A stretch of DNA of 64,000 nucleotides, from assembly GCF_006345805.1 (NCBI RefSeq), contig NC_043000.1:1674001-1738000 (forward strand). Reading direction: 5' to 3'. The notes below the pieces were generated by a model that saw only the letters and a program-made list of their open reading frames with translations, was not told the DNA's origin and ran no database searches. Below, one piece after another: positions 63,670 through 64,000 of the stretch (positions are counted from its first letter, which is position 1; each line of letters begins with the position of its first letter). The stretch comes from Octopus sinensis. Its lineage: Eukaryota. The position numbers and the translations under genes are program-made.

Positions 63670-64000
63670 ATTTTGTCAAAGGGCCAGCAATTTCGTGGGA
63701 AGGGGTAAATAGATTACATCGACCCCAGTGCTCAACTGGCACTTATTTTATCGATCCCGAAAGAACGAAAGGCAAAGTCGACGACTGCAGCAACTGAACT
63801 CAGATTGTCGGAAGAAATGCTGCTAAGCATATTGTTCGGCGCAGTAACGGTTCTGCCATCTCGCCGTTTTACTTTCACTTCACAGTATTAAAAGAAAATA
63901 TAAAGGCGGTGAGCTGTCAGAATCGTTACCACGCCGGGCGAAATGCTTAGCCGTATTTCGTCTATTCTGAGTTCAAATTCCGCCGAGGTCGACTTTGCCT
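63670..64000. mobile_element. Degenerate minus B2 copy and a plus SINE-B running off the window end
   Basis: aaggcggtgagctgtcagaatcg...gaggtcgactttgcct. Confidence 0.8.

Overview
Eukaryotic, AT-rich, repeat-saturated DNA with no recognisable intact host gene, rRNA, true tRNA or CRISPR. The tRNA-derived SINE families and microsatellite load look like an octopus genome (inference from recognised repeat types, not from a search). Most ORFs in the track are microsatellite or SINE artefacts. Real content: five or more tRNA-head SINE families (working names A-E); a near full-length ORF2-only Tx1/L1-clade LINE sitting in (TATC)n (32612-36480) and an old relative (470-2210); stacks of 5'-truncated restriction-endonuclease (R4/Dong/HERO-like) LINE ends in (AAT)n; Penelope-like remnants with minimal hammerhead motifs; a separate pseudoknotted hammerhead candidate (13256-13325); two Gypsy-type solo LTRs with 4-bp TSDs; Tc1, mariner and DD37D remnants; Tc2-like MITEs; and Helentron-type non-autonomous elements. 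The most notable observations are SINE-B multimers of a precise ~184-bp headless unit inside single TSD pairs, a TSD-flanked SINE carrying 120 bp copied from 5.5 kb away, the hammerhead candidates, and a 75-bp satellite built from a mariner end plus its flank. All coordinates were read by eye and unmarked ends may be off by a few bases.
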